From assembly GCA_964016885.1 (NCBI GenBank), contig OZ024743.1, positions 316,448,001-316,512,000 of the forward strand: a stretch of 64,000 bases of DNA, written 5' to 3'. A program made the position numbers and the translations under genes. This document shows positions 13,951-28,790 of the stretch, piece after piece. The notes under the pieces were generated by a model. That model had not been told where the DNA came from. It saw nothing but the letters and a program-made list of their open reading frames with translations, and searched no databases. Numbering within the stretch: position 1 is the first letter of the stretch; the number at the start of each line of letters is the position of its first letter. The DNA is from Eledone cirrhosa. Lineage: Eukaryota.

Positions 13951-14169
13951 CTTCTTCTATATCTCTCTCTCACTTTTTATCTTTATCTGGAGAGGAAATA
14001 GGCTTCGCCCAGTTTAAACTGCCCAAGAAACGCCGTAAGTCACTAGAGCGCCCCTAAGACCCCAGCAGGAGTTACAGAACCGTACCATGTAAATTTCATA
14101 CATTTACTTCTTTTATTGATCATATTTATGTGTCCATGATTGTGATTACGGGACATAGACACAAACGTA

Positions 14170-14432
14170 ATTTTTTAACGATCAACAAGATCCCAGACCT
14201 CATTACCTCATTTTTCTTCCCGAGTGAGGTGGAACTTGTCAAATCGGACCAAGGTAACAATGTTACCATTGATTTTTTTTCCGTTGCTGATACTATCTAT
14301 CGGTCGCAATTCCTGTCAGAAAGGGCAACATAAAATAAAGTGTCTTACTCAAGGGCATAATGCATCGCTCGGTCTGGGAATCGAACTCGTAACCTTACGA
14401 TTGCAAATCCAATTCTCTAACCACTAAGCCAC
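14170..14432 (-). mobile_element. tRNA-derived SINE, second family
   Basis: Minus-strand tRNA-like head (gtggcttagtggttagag...gagttcgattcc) and central gtgtcttgctcaagg motif. Relatives at 29850-30085, 44985-45220 and partially 57490-57660. Confidence 0.75.
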
Positions 14433-14807
14433 GCGTAACTTTGCGCTTCCTTAAAAATGAGACCGATGAAATAAGTAGTAGACTTCGAAAAATAAGTATT
14501 GTAATCGACTGAATCAAGGTGGCTGCATTCAAATAATTGAAACCAATAAAAGAATGAAAGAATTTAAGAATACTCCTTCAAGACGTCCAAGATGGGAAGT
14601 GAGTTTTATTATAGAAAAAACACCCTTCTCGATTTCAGCGGGAAATATTTTTTTTTGTCTCGTGCTATCAACTAATCTCACCTCGGAACATGACACAATT
14701 GACTCCCCACCCCCATCACGGAATTTTCTTTAATATTTTAAAATATTTTTCGTGAGTTATATTATTCATTTTTTAGTTAACTGAACCTCACGACAAATGT
14801 CGGAAAG

Positions 14808-14901
14808 GTTAGAGATAGTGTTAGGGTTAGGGCTTGGGTTAGGATTAGTTCTAGTGTTAGGTTAGGGCTTGGGTTAGGATTAGTTCTAGTGTTAGGGTTA
14901 G
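14808..14901. repeat. Degenerate interstitial TTAGGG-like repeats
   Basis: gttagggttagggcttgggttaggattagttctagt occurs about twice. Confidence 0.75.
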
Positions 14902-15599
14902 CGTGTTTGGAGGTCAGATTCGTCGATAACGGAGAAAAAAAAAAACTATTAAACAAATACCCACCAAACAAATTCCCACCAAACGCGAGAGGCGTGTAGA
15001 TCTGCGAAACTCCAAGGGTCTTCGCTCCTTTCCGACTGGTTTTGAGATTAGATTCATTAATAACACACGAGAAATAAAAAGAAATTGTAAAGAAAACTCC
15101 GGGGATATGGAGTTTAAGGGGACCCCGCTTCTCCGTTTCCCGGGGCGGCATGTATGGGGTCAGATAAGTTGATAGCACAAAAAAGAAAAACGATAAAAAA
15201 AAAACCCCAAAACAAAGAAGATATATGATTATTTCCCACTGAAACAGAGAGTGGGTGTTTTATAAATTTACCGTGAACGGAATATATAATAGACAGACAA
15301 ATATTCACGTGACAAAAATATAAATATAGAATCAGGCTGGTTGCCGATGAAAATGAATATATATACAACACATAGTTGTATGTCTGTGTGTATTAAGTGT
15401 ATTAATATATATATATATATACACAAAAACAACAACAAAAAGCATCCAGCCCACTCTGCAAAGGTGTCACGACAAAAAAGCACCCAGTACACACTGTAAA
15501 TGTGGTTGGTGTGAGGAAGGGCATCCAGTTGTAGACACCAAGCCACAATTGGTTCTGTATGAGCAAGACATGGTCATCCGACCTCGACTTGCCTCAATG

Positions 15600-16028
15600 C
15601 TGCTGAACGAGGATAAATTCGAATTAATCCACTTTGGAAAGAGGGTGCACTGAAACTTTCATATTCCCTTCCTTCAAGTGAAACTCTCGTGGCATCCAAC
15701 AACATCAGAGACTTGGGAGTAATTGTTTGATAACAACATAAGCTGTCACTCATATAAACAGCAAAGTTGATATGATCCGCAGAATGTGTTCCTGGATTCT
15801 CAGAACTATCCAGTCAAGAGATATCCACACCATTATCCTTCCCTTCTCTACTTTTGTCCGACCCCACCTGGAATACTGATGTCCACTGTGGTCTCCCCAC
15901 TCGAATCAAACTATTATGAAAATTGAAGCACCTCAAAGGCCAATCACAACAAGGATAGACGGCATGACAGGCTTTGATTATTGGGGTCGACAAGAAAAGC
16001 TCAAACTCTATTTTCTCCAACGCCGCCG
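15600..16028 (+). mobile_element. CR1-like LINE RT C-terminal fragment (pseudogenic)
   Basis: LNEDKFELIHFGK, IRDLGV, WILRTIQSRD, FVRPHLEY*CPLWSPH, LKLYFLQRRR. Confidence 0.85.
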
Positions 16029-16872
16029 GTTTCGACTTGTATTCAGCAAGCCTTCAATGGCGTACTTCTTTGAAAAGGCCTGCCAAAACCGCTAGCCATG
16101 CATTTGTAGTCTCCCCGGTCTCGGCACCGCAGACTTTATAATATATTTAGATACGAGATGAATAACTGCACTAATAGACAACTAGGTAGATTCATAGTTA
16201 GGTAGATAAATAGACACATAAATAGATGTATTTGTCTGAAGATAGATACATAGGTAGTTATAGATATATTTTGCTTGATCACTGAACATCTTGTCAACAC
16301 TGAAAGAAAGAGAGAGTTAGGGAGGAAATTATATTACCATTTCTCTGTCAAAAGTTAGTGGTTGTTACTTGACATTTGTGTTTCCTTTATATATATATAT
16401 ATCCCTCTCTCTATGTGTGTGTATGTCTGTCTGTCTATCTATATCTATCATTCTATCTATCTACCTATCTGCCTATCTAACCATCAAACTCTCTGTTTGC
16501 CTATCTATCTGCCTAACCGACTGTCTATAGCTCTTTGTGTATATTTACCAATATCTCTCTCTTGGATCAAGAACAACAATACCAACAACAACAAAAAAAT
16601 CACGAATCCTAATAGCAGTCGGAAGATAATAGGTAGTGGGTGTATTCTGTTACATAATGATTAAACAAAATTATTGTATTTGATTTAAATGAATGAAAAA
16701 TGAAATTTGGCAATAGCTGAAGTGACAAGAAGGGGAAGGCCAAGAAAAAACTCGAGGATTCCAGTATATTTACATAGAATGTTGTAATCAACGAATTATT
16801 AAATTATATATTTATATGTATATATTTACTATAAACGCCATCATTTTACGGGTACTGGGCTACACCCACACA

Positions 16873-17072
16873 CAAGGGTAGGCTGAAAAGTCCTTAGGCT
16901 AACCAAGATACACACATGGAATTAACAAATGAGCTTTATTTTTTTTAACATAGTCCTTGGAAAGAAAGAATGCAATTATTAATTCAAAGAGTTGAAATTA
17001 ATGCATGCATGATTTCATAGCGTCAGCATCACTCCTTCATAGTTAGCCTCTGAACTTTTCAGCCCACCCTCG
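16873..17072. mobile_element. Mariner-type MITE
   Basis: TIRs caagggtaggctgaaaagt...aggctaac / gttagcct..acttttcagcccaccctcg. Confidence 0.65.
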
Positions 17073-17305
17073 CATATACACACAGTACCTTTATATTAAC
17101 ATCGTATGACACGGACATGCTACCGTATGTTGTTGGGGGTTGTTCACACCGAGGTCAGCTTTGATTCAGCAAAGACTAGTCAAAGCCGTTCCAGTTATGA
17201 CTACCACGTCTTTTAGAGGTATTTAACATTATACATTATCCAACAAAATCCTATATCCTTCTATATAGAAGTGAAAGTAAAACCGATGTGACAAAATGAT
17301 GTTAC

Positions 17306-17414
<109 letters not shown>

Positions 17415-17960
17415 GTGTGTGTGTGTTTATATAAAAAGATGCCTATACTACCAATGTACCGAGTACCTTTATTAACTGTGATTACCACCACCCCCCGACA
17501 TACGCAAACACCCATGAGTTTTATGTTTGCAGTTAACTACAGTTTTCCCTTTTGTTTTCATTTTAATATCATTTTAATATCATTTTTTAAGCATAACTGT
17601 ATCACCAAAAAATCATTATTACTTTTCTATGAATATAATAATATAATGCTTACGAGATAAAAATATTGACACAAATAAAATATGCAATACTTAATGAATA
17701 CGTCTTACAAAATGAAAATATAAACACATAATAAATACAAATAACTATTGCTAGGGACCTTATAGATATAATGCTAAAAAATATATGATCAAAACGACAG
17801 AAAAAAACAATATACATTCTCCACCAAGTACGTCAATCGGTTGCACATCAGACGGGTCAACGGAAATTACAATCGTTTAATCAAAACATCCGGAACATCG
17901 GATCGGCTGACTTTACTTTCACTTAAATATAGAAAGAATGCTTATAGGTACGTCATATAT

Positions 17961-18152
17961 ATAGGAAAAAGTATGACCCCGACGGCAGAGCTCAAGCCGT
18001 TTAGACGGCTATTTCTGGACTGAAATAGCCGTCGAAACGGCTTGAGCTCTGCCGTCGGGGTCATACTTTTTCCTATTTCCCACTCTACTACCCTAAGTAT
18101 TGAGTACTCTGGTGCGTTATGGTCCATCTGGTTCCTTACCACATTTCTTCTG

Positions 18153-18153
<1 letters not shown>
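17961..18153 (+). mobile_element. Fold-back mini-element: 55-bp-arm palindrome plus single-copy tail, in (TA)n
   Basis: Arms 17961-18015 and 18022-18076 with one mismatch; tail 18077-18153; sister copy at 31567-31761 in the opposite orientation. Confidence 0.85.
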
Positions 18154-18189
<36 letters not shown>

Positions 18190-19821
18190 CACGCACACAG
18201 ACACACGCGCGCGCACAGGTAGATTCCCTATGTATATCAGGAGATGACGACGGTTAAAAAAAAGTACTCAATACGTTAGTAGAGTATAGGCATATATACT
18301 TTATTATAGAAATGACTTCTACAGGACTAGAACTTTTTCATTTGTAAGAAATCACCAAGGTCTTTCCTGAAGTCATTTCTATAATAATAATTGTTTCTAC
18401 TTTTGGCATAAGTGCATTACTGGTGCTTTATTTTATCGATCGCAGTGCGTTACTGGTACTTTATTTTATCGATCGTAGTGCGTTACTGGTACTTTATTTT
18501 ATCGAATAATAATAATATATATGTGTGTATATAGAGAGGTACAAATTAGGATTCCTACCTGACTTTGTTTCCTCATACATAACCCTTTTAATTATATAAA
18601 TTATTCTGTGTATTATATTTATAAGGTTCCTTGCTATAACTAATTGATTATATGTATGTACTTCTATATAATCTTGTTTGTCATATGATAATAAGTTATC
18701 GGACTATAACAAAAAGAATCATGTATTTTACAGAGATTCCTTTTCCTATGTTTACATAACAATTATGTTGATAATATTTTCTTTCAACAACATTCTCATG
18801 ATATACTCACTAAAAGATATTACCGGAAGTTGTAGGTGATCTTAAAACGAAAGATCATACAATTTCTTTTTTTTTAAATCAAAATATAATCAAATGCAAA
18901 TGAAACGTAATTTACATATTTCAAATCAAATAAAAACGTAATATTTAATATCCTTTATATATTTATATTTATATACCTGGTGGTCATTTAGATCGATAAT
19001 ATTTAGAAACCATTCTTAAAACAAATGACAAGAAATCCCGAAAGATTATTACATTCGTTTATTTCGTTAACGATTTCACTCATTAAATTGCGGCCATGCT
19101 GGTGCACCGTTTTCAAGAGGATTTCGTTGATTATATCGACCCCGATCTCGTTGTTGTTGTTATTTTTCGAGTTTAGTACTTATTTTATCGATCTCTTTTT
19201 GTCTAATCCCTAAATAACGAATAACAAACACAGATACAAACGTAAACACAAACACTCACACGTATGTGTATTTCCAATGAATATAGTTGCAATCAGGGTT
19301 TTTTCAATCGGGAAGATAAAGTAGCTGATTGGAGTTTACATGCAGGGCTGACAAGGTCGTTTTTGAAAGAACACGCACACACGCGCACGCACGCACACAC
19401 GCACGCACGCACGCACACACACACACGGACGCACACGCACACACACAGTGTAGCTAGAATCCCAATATTCGAAGATTCCCAAATACTGTTGCTACCATAG
19501 ATAAGGCAAGAGTCCCAGTATAATTTTCAGCCTAGGGTCCCTATATAATTTTTAGCCAAGGGTCCCCTGTAACCTTAATCCACCCGTAACACACCCACAC
19601 ACACGTGCACGCACGTCCGCATACATAGGTGTAAACAATAATAGATGTATCAATGCAGCTGACTTCACTTCCGTGTTTATATCGCACGAAACCAATCTAT
19701 TACCTGTGAAGAATTTGATTACACTTTTGGCCCTGGGGTCTGTTCTTTTACCCTAAGGAACACTCACACCACACCACACAATCAATGCATTTCCGTATGT
19801 ATCTTATACACAAATATGTTC

Positions 19822-19903
<82 letters not shown>

Positions 19904-20060
19904 TGAAATTCAAACACAGATTCGCTACAATGATAATAGCGTTAGAAAATCGAGTAAAATACCCTCAGGGACAGTAAAGCAGAAAATACGTGATCGGCAA
20001 CTGTGTTGGGATTTCAATATTTCTGATTTCATATCATCTAAAGGCATCTATAAATTGTTT

Positions 20061-20095
<35 letters not shown>

Positions 20096-20744
20096 TGCGC
20101 ATATATATATTCATACATAAACACACCATCCACCACAAATTATATATATAATATATGCTTCCCATGCACAATGTGTGTATATGTAGTATATTTATGTATG
20201 TGTGTGTATACATACAAAAGTAAGTTCAAAAACCTGTATTATGAGTTTTCCTACTGTCTGGTAAATCTATGTATATATGTATTAGTGTACTTTTCTTATA
20301 CGCACGTATTAAACCAGCTTTCTCTCATATATATGTGTGTTTGTGTGTGAATTAGATACGCCTGTTGCCTCAGAATACCGAAAATCGTGACGTTCGCACG
20401 TTTCCTGAAATCATTATTACAGCTTCTATAATCTATGTTTAGGACGGACGTACTTGTTATAATTGCTTATATAGATCTGTGTGGAATTCATTTTATCACA
20501 CACACACCACACACCACACACCACACACACCACACCTAAGTTAAGTAGAGATCCAGAAATTTTATGGGGAAGGGAAGCCCATCATATCGACCTCATTATT
20601 TGACTGATACTTCATTTTATAACCCCACCCCCGTAAAGATAAAAGACAAAATTGGCCTTGATGGAATACGAACTCAGAAAAGAGTCGTGACTAGATTCTC
20701 CTGGGGCATTTTCGTCGACGCTCTAATGATTCTGCCAATCCACA

Positions 20745-21330
20745 TCTCCATTGCACTCCGAGTGGAAACCGATATCTGTGGGGGTCTGAGATGTCGCTAT
20801 GGTAGGTCCCTCGACTCCACAGGATTCCATGGCCACCTGAATGTTGATCACTTCGCCCGCCACACCGAACTAAACATAATTAAGCAGGCCCAATCTCGAG
20901 TAAATATCCCCTCGTTTCTGGAGCCGCCTCGATTATCCAGAATTGATGGGAAGAGATCAGATGGTCTTACTCTTTACCCTTAGGTAAGAGGCAGATGTCT
21001 TATTTGGGACGTTAGAGTCAGTGACTCTTTTGCTCCCTCACACATCATCGATGCCGCGATAAATGTGAAGGTCACTGCTTCCGTTGCAGAACAGAATAAA
21101 GTCCTAAAATACCGGGAACTATCAAATAACTATTTCCCCCCAGCCTGTAACGTTCGAGACTGGCGGAACTGGGCCACTGACAGCGAAGTTCTTGTCATCG
21201 TTAGCGGCTCGCTTTACCGAAGTGTCAGGTGATGCCCGTGATGGTGCCGGGTTCTTTCAGCACCTTGGCCTCGCCATCACCCGCGGATATTCCGCGAGCA
21301 CGTTGGCTTGCCTCAAAAATTTCCGTTGAC
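20745..21330 (+). mobile_element. CRE-like non-LTR retrotransposon C-terminal (restriction-like endonuclease) fragment
   Basis: IALRV...RHTELNIIKQA...LEPPRLSRIDGKRSDGLTLYP*VRGRCLIWDV..SDSFAPSH...AEQNKVLKY..FETGG. Confidence 0.8.
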
Positions 21331-21478
21331 CCTTGTGATGTGCGGCTGGTTGTCGCTCTAGGTGGCAAATTGATGGGGTTTTTTTTCACTCGCTTTGATC
21401 GTATATTTTTGTAGTTTATATTAGTGTGGTTCATAATGATTGTATTTATGTGTTTATATTTTCATTCTTTAAGAATTA

Positions 21479-21617
21479 CTAGCAAAATGGCCCGGCGTTG
21501 CTCGGGATTTGCTCTAGGGTTCTTATATATTTGATATATATTTATCCTTATCTAGCCTCGTGAAATAAATACGTTTGTTTATATTTTGTTATTGTGTATG
21601 CAAAAATATCTGTACAC

Positions 21618-21682
<65 letters not shown>

Positions 21683-21806
21683 TAACAGATTAAAGTTTAA
21701 GCAAAGAATCGCTGCTTTCACCCTTAACGGGATCTTCTGAAACTAAAAAAAATCAATCTGTGAACGGAGAAGTAAATATTTCGAAAAAACATTACACACT
21801 ATATAT

Positions 21807-21839
<33 letters not shown>

Positions 21840-22123
21840 GCGTCATAATGTTGTAATCCAGACATACAGACAGACACTATAAGGGCGCAATGTTATATCT
21901 ATGTATCTATCTAAAAAGAAAGACTAAGAATTATAGAGAGATCGATCGCTAAATCGTCTAATGCGGTCCCTAGGGCATTGAAAATTTGAAATCTTTTTCT
22001 TTCAAAACACTCACAGGACCATAAGTATTACATGTGTAAAGTTTGAAAACAATCGGTTGGGTGGTTCTCGAGTTTAAGGGAGTCAGACAGACAGACAGAC
22101 ATTCTCTGTTTTAGATATATAGA
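21479..22123 (-). mobile_element. Non-autonomous Helitron
   Basis: Minus strand starts A|TCTATAT with (GTCT)n near the 5' end and ends with hairpin CCCGAGCAACGCCGGG then CTAG|T. Confidence 0.75.
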
Positions 22124-23024
22124 TAAACATTTTGTATTTCTTATATGCGTTTATATTTGTGTTTATCTACGGCATTCATATTATTTGTGCATGTGTGTGT
22201 ATTTGGTGACAGTGAGTGCTCCAGTTGTTTAACCAATCTACTCATAAAATTACCGTGCAAGTGTTTGAGCATTCTGCAGACATGTATACTCTTAACGTAA
22301 TTTTCGAGGGTAGATTCGGCGTGACACAATGTGTGACACGACTGGCCCTTTGAATGAAGTTTTGCATAAAATTTATCATAATTTGATTAATAAAAGAAAA
22401 CACGATTTTATTTTCCTACTTCAATCAATAAGGGTATTCTCTCTGTTAGATTGGATGAATGCAAAATGTATGTTATTTATTAAAAACATTACATAGGGCA
22501 TCTGTCACCATTTAGTCTTGCTGTGAAAAAAGTAAACACAAAAAATTACATTACAGGTGTCTGGGCAGAAAAATATTTATAAAGCTCTTAAAAACCTTTC
22601 TTTATTTACTTTTCATAATTATGTTAACTTAAAATGCACATTGCATTAAAAGCTGTCACCTGGTAAGAAATTGTTAGCTCTAAATTACCATAATATTCTA
22701 ATAAAAGCTGATTGTCCACTATTTTATGTCTGAGAAATGGCCAAAAATCTAAACCCAACTTATAAGCCAAAGCAACTAATCAACATATGGTTAGATGGTG
22801 CGGTTTTGAAATTCTCATGAGTGAAGAATATATTCATGAAGTTTTAAAATTTTGATACTTAAAATGTTTCAAGTGGCATTTAGAGCATAGCTTTTGTTTC
22901 ACAACTCCATTATGTAATGATTTTTTACCAATTTCCAACTATTTTGAAACCCATATTCATTCAAAACAAATTTCACCTCCAAAGAGAAACCAGTGTAATA
23001 TTTACCATCAAAGCGGAAATATTT

Positions 23025-23160
23025 TAGCACCTCGTTTATGTAAAATTTGAAGTTGGTGAAAATCGGCAAAATATTGACCTCGAATATAAGCTGACCCCAT
23101 TTTATCATCAATTTTTTTTGTCACAAATTTCGCAGCTTATATATGAGTCTATACAGTATA
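23025..23160. mobile_element. Possible pogo-like MITE remnant
   Basis: gacctcgaatataagctgac and cagcttatatatgagtctatacagta; the reverse-complement sequence recurs at ~56870-56940. Confidence 0.45.
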
Positions 23161-25719
23161 AATATTCTACAAAATAATTGGAGACACTTCCACAAGCTTA
23201 TCGTATTGCACCTCAAATTACATAACATAAACAAACAACCTGATCAAAATTTGAGACAATATATTAACGGCACACAGCACACACAATACAAATAAAACAC
23301 GGTATTAATTGATAATGTCTTGTACCATATGAAACTGCATTAGTAAGACATTACTATGACTACATCACATAAAAATTAAAGTATTTTAATACTGCAAATT
23401 TTCACACCCTCCTTCCATTAGAACACTCCACATCTGGACTGATAGTTTATTTATTGAGCCCGAAAGGATGAAAGGCAAAGTTGACCTTTTAGACTTTTTT
23501 AGCCTTTCACTAAAGATACTATAAACGTTTGAATCAACAAACCATAGCAAGACATTCTTCAAAAGTACAAAACAACACAATGACTGCATCACATTAAAAA
23601 TCTAAATCTTTAGTCTAATAGTGCAAATTTTCACACCAGTCTGTCTCCCATTAAGATACTATAAACATTTGAATTAACAAACCCATTTAAAAATAATTTC
23701 TCCTAAATCTCTGCAGTATGTTAAGAGTTAAACAACCAAACACAGAAATAAAAAAGAAATCAAACCATATAAAAACAAACTGGCAATCATTTGTATGGAA
23801 TATAAACTACAAAATAAACAATACAAACATTATAGAGTCATTAACAGCATTAACAATAACGATGGCCACATGACATCTTGTCTTATAATATCAACTCAAA
23901 ATACCATCCATACATTCTGGCATCAAACTAATTCAACTCCACCAGTCATAGTCAACACTTTTGTTACAATATTTCTTATGGCATATTTTAATTAATTAAT
24001 AAAGAATTGGGACTGATGTATTAAAATTATTAATTACCTCATTATTAAAATGGTATTTATAGCATAATATAACAAAAGGTTCTTATAGAAAATTATGTTG
24101 AAATATTTTAATTTAAATAGGAACCTTTTTAAACAAGGTTGTTTTGTTTCATAGAACTTTCAAATATACAGTTAATGTGGTGTGGTAAATAAATATATAC
24201 ATATACACCAGGTCCACAATAGAACCAAACTGTTACTGTCTCCATCACTCACACTCTCCCCATCTCTCACTATTGTGACCAAATGGAGGCCCACGTGCTG
24301 GCTGCCCCACAGTCCCGGCAGACAGAATAGAGAAAACATTTCCCTGGAGGATGGTGTGGGAGACACGCTAGAAGAGCCATTCCAGCTTATGAGGCTCACA
24401 CTTATGGGTAGCCAACTCTGTGCCAATGGTAGCAAGTAAGGAGGAGGTCCTAGGGTCAACGACACCAAAAGTTTCCACTGCCTCGTAGGCTATCATTATC
24501 TAGCTGCATGCCAGTCAAAAAGGAGAGCAAGGCATTGGAGTCAGGCACCAAACTAGAGACAGTTTTGGGCTGGTTGGTATCAAAAGTGCTAAATCATCGA
24601 GATTCTACAATAACACTATTTTGTTGTTCAGAATTTGAGAAAATATAAAAATTTGGCATGTTTATTTTTGTGTCTTATCAATGTATGCAGTGAGTTTTTC
24701 TGCCCTAGGTGTTGGGAAGAAACTTCAGTAAGAAATGGAGGAAAAACACAAGGTTTTTGTCCTTAACCCTGGTTTTATCATCATAATCATCATTTGTTTA
24801 TCCATTCTTTCATGGGTCACACCAATTTAAGTTTATGGAGTAGGTAGCATTTATGATATTTTTTCTTGTCTGGATGCTCTTCCTATTACCAACCACTTTA
24901 CAGCATTAACTGGGTGTATTTTATCAAGCCATCGGCTCTAAAGAGGTTCTTTGTCAGGACTAAAGTGATTAACAATTGCACTAATCCACCCCACACAAGG
25001 ACTGGTAGTTTATTTATTGAACCTGAAAGGATGAAGGGCAAAGTTGACCTTTGTGGGATTTGAACCCAGAGCACAGAGAGCCAGAAAAAATACCATAAAG
25101 CATTTAATCTTTTGTGACTGAATTTCTAATGAAATACACTTTATTTCAGTTAATAATTTTAGTAAATCTTTCAAACTTCATCATTAATTAATTGGACCAG
25201 TTAGGAAAGAATACATCGTTCACTTTTGTTTTGCTTGTTTATTTTTTTTTGCATTTGAAAATAGGGTATTAACCCTGAAATATTATGTTGAAATATATTG
25301 GTAAGAAAAGCATCACTTTGTTTTGTATTACTTGTAATCATTTGCCCTTTATATATTTCTATTGCATTATACTGGCTTTCTGAAATACATATCAGTTATT
25401 TATTATATATCTCACAAAGCTTCATATTAACTATACTATTTTATTAATTATTTCATTACTAAGTAACTTCACATGTCAATCTTTATGGAACCCTTTAAAA
25501 TGTGAGGTTTTGTTTCATAGAATTAGAATCAAGTTCGTACCAAAAAGTGTAAAGTAATTGCCCTTGATAACTGCTCCATGCTAATGACCTTGCAGAAATG
25601 TTTTAATCCATCAATATATTTCGAACTATGGACTTGAATCATAAGTCTTGCATTAGTGTTATGGCATTGAGTTCACTGCTACTGTTGCTGTCAAACATCA
25701 CTGCACCCATGATTCAGTA

Positions 25720-27400
25720 CCACCACTGACACTACCACTTCCATCACTACCATCACTACCACAACCACCACTACCACCTCTGCCACTATAACCATCATCA
25801 CAACCACTTCCACTACCATCTCTATCACTATAACTACCATCACTGACACTACCACCTCTGCCATTATAACGACCATCACTACTGCCACTATAACCACCAT
25901 CACTACCACCATCACTACATCACCACCTCTACCACCACTGACACTACCACTTATGCCACTATAACCACCATCACTACATCACCACCTCTACCACTATAAC
26001 TACCACCACTGACACTACCACCTCTGCCACTATAACCACCATCACTACATCACCACCTCTACCACTATAACTACCACCACTGACACTACCACCTCTGCCA
26101 CTATAACTACCATCACTACATCACCACCTCTACCACCATCACTACCACCACTGACACTACCACTTATGCCACTATAACCACCATCACTACATCACCACCT
26201 CTACCACTATAACTACCACCACTGACACTACCACTTATGCCACTATAACCACCATCACTACATCACCACCTCTACCACTATAACTACCACCACTGACACT
26301 ACCACCTCTGCCACTATAACCACCATCACTACATCACCACCTCTACCACCATCACTACCACCACTGACACTACCACCTCTGCCACTATAACCACCATCAC
26401 TACATCACCACCTCTACCACCATCACTACCACCACTGACACTACCACTTATGCCACTATCACCACCATCACTACATCACCACCTCTACCACCATCACTAC
26501 CACCACTGACACTACCACCTCTGCCACTATAACCACCATCACTACATCACCACCTCTACCACCATCACTACCACCACTGACACTACCACTTATGCCACTA
26601 TAACCACCATCACTACATCACCACCTCTACCACCATCACTACCACCACTGACACTACCACCTCTGCCACTATAACCACCATCACTACATCACCACCTCTA
26701 CCACCATCACTACCACCACTGACACTACCACCTCTGCCACTATAACCACCATCACTACATCACCACCTCTACCACCATCACTACCACCACTGACACTACC
26801 ACTTATGCCACTATAACCACCATCACTACATCACCACCTCTACCACTATAACTACCACCACTGACACTACCACCTCTGCCACTATAACCACCATCACTAC
26901 ATCACCACCTCTACCACCATCACTACCACCACTGACACTACCACCTCTGCCACTATAACCACCATCACTACATCACCACCTCTACCACCATCACTACCAC
27001 CACTGACACTACCACTTATGCCACTATCACCATCACTACATCACCACCTCTACCACCATCACTACATCACCACCTCTACCACCATCACTACCACCACTGA
27101 CACTACCACTTATGCCACTATCACCGTCACTACATCACCACCTCTACCACCATCACTACATCACCACCTCTACCACCATCACTACATCACCACCTCTACC
27201 ACCATCACTACCACCACTGACACTACCACTTATGCCACTATCACCATCACTACATCACCACCTCTACCACCATCACTACCACCACTGACACTACCACTTA
27301 TGCCACTATCACCATCACTACATCACCACCTCTACCACCATCACTACCACCACTGACACTACCACTTCTGCCACTATCACCATCACGAACATTACTGACG
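25720..27400. repeat. 71-bp ACC/ACT-rich minisatellite, about 20 copies
   Basis: ctgacact anchors at 26009, 26080, 26151 and onward; unit length is not a multiple of 3. Confidence 0.95.
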
Positions 27401-28099
27401 TTACCACTACCAGCAAAAACAACAATCCATGTCACCATAACTGCCACCACCACCACCACCACAAGAACAACACTATAACAATACTCTTGTTACTGTTTTA
27501 GTTACTTAGCAACACTTAAAATACGAATATATCATATATTTTACAATTTCATTCCATAAACATATAGAACAAAAAAACTATTTTCTCCATTGATCCACCA
27601 ACTCTTTCCATTGCTTTGTTTTTTTAGTGTGGGGATTGATTGTAGGAATTTGGTTGACAGTTATCATTCACTTCATGTTATTATTATTTGGGCAGTGGAG
27701 TGTCAGACAAAATTGTTGTTGTGCCTAAATCAGAAACCACTGCTAATATTTGTTTATAGGGCAGTGGATTGGTAGTATCGGTAGAGCGTCGGACAAGATG
27801 CTTTGTGGAATATAGTTAAGGCCCTTTACATTCTGAGTTAAAATCCTGCCGAGATTAGCTTTGCCTTTTATCCTTACGGAGTCGATAAAATAAAGTACCA
27901 GTAATGTACTGGCGTCGATTTAATCGACTTTCCCCTACCCCTAAAATTGTTGACCTTGAGCCTAAATCAGAAACCTTGTGTTTTTCCTCTTCCTTCAGTT
28001 TTGTTTCCATTTCTTACTGAAGTTTCTTCCCAACACCTAGGGCAGAAAAACTCACTGCATACATTGATAAGACACAAAAATAAACATGCCAAATCTTTA

Positions 28100-28790
28100 T
28101 ATTTTCTTTTGCTGCAATATTGTGATCACATGGGATGCTCATATCAATCAATAAACTGACTTTGTTATATTTATCTTTTACAATAATATCTGGTCTGTTA
28201 GTTTTGATAGTTCTGTCTGTATGTACTGGAAAGTCCCAAAGAATCATTACATTTTCTCTCTTAGTTACAGCCTCATGGTGATGCTTGTACCACCTGTCAG
28301 CAGTTTTGCTTTTATAATGCTGACATATTAACCAGTGTAGATATTGGCCAACTCTGTCATCATCATTCATCATCACTGTTTAATGTCCATCTTCCATGCT
28401 AGCATGAGTAGCATGTCATACCTTGATTTGTACTCTACTTGTACTAAAACTCTACACCCAGAGATTAAGTGATCCACTCTTTCAATCTCATCATTGCAGA
28501 ATTGGCACTTTGGATTTACTCCATTTCTCATCATATTGGCTTGATTGTTTCAAGTTATTAAGCTTTGATCTTGGGCAGCTAAGATGAAGCCTTCACTCTC
28601 TGCCTTTAGTCCTGAGCTATGTAGCCACTGATGGATGTGCTTCTGGTCAATATCAGCTTGTTTGTTACAGGCCACATATTTCCCATGCAGAGGTTTCTGC
28701 TCCGATCTTGATATTAATTGTTCATGCCCTTTTATTTTAGCCATTAATTTTACATCCTGTGCAACATCTGCCTCAGTCCCGATTCAAAAC
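28100..28790 (-). mobile_element. R4/Dong-like non-LTR retrotransposon C-terminal fragment, interrupted by a short RTE-tail insertion
   Basis: KPLHGKY, GLKAESEGFILAAQDQSL, CQFC..ERVDHLISGC, ILWDFPVHTDRTIKTNRPDIIV, LIDMSIPCDHNIAAKE; insertion at ~28357-28415 flanked by tgtcat repeats. Confidence 0.85.

Noticed and set aside
18020-18050. Hammerhead in the 17961/31645 palindrome family (CGAAAC)
   Set aside because: No CUGANGA core; CGAA is the loop of a local hairpin.
25691-27400. Mucin-like Thr/His/Pro-rich coding exon
   Set aside because: The 71-bp unit shifts frame every copy and contains stops.
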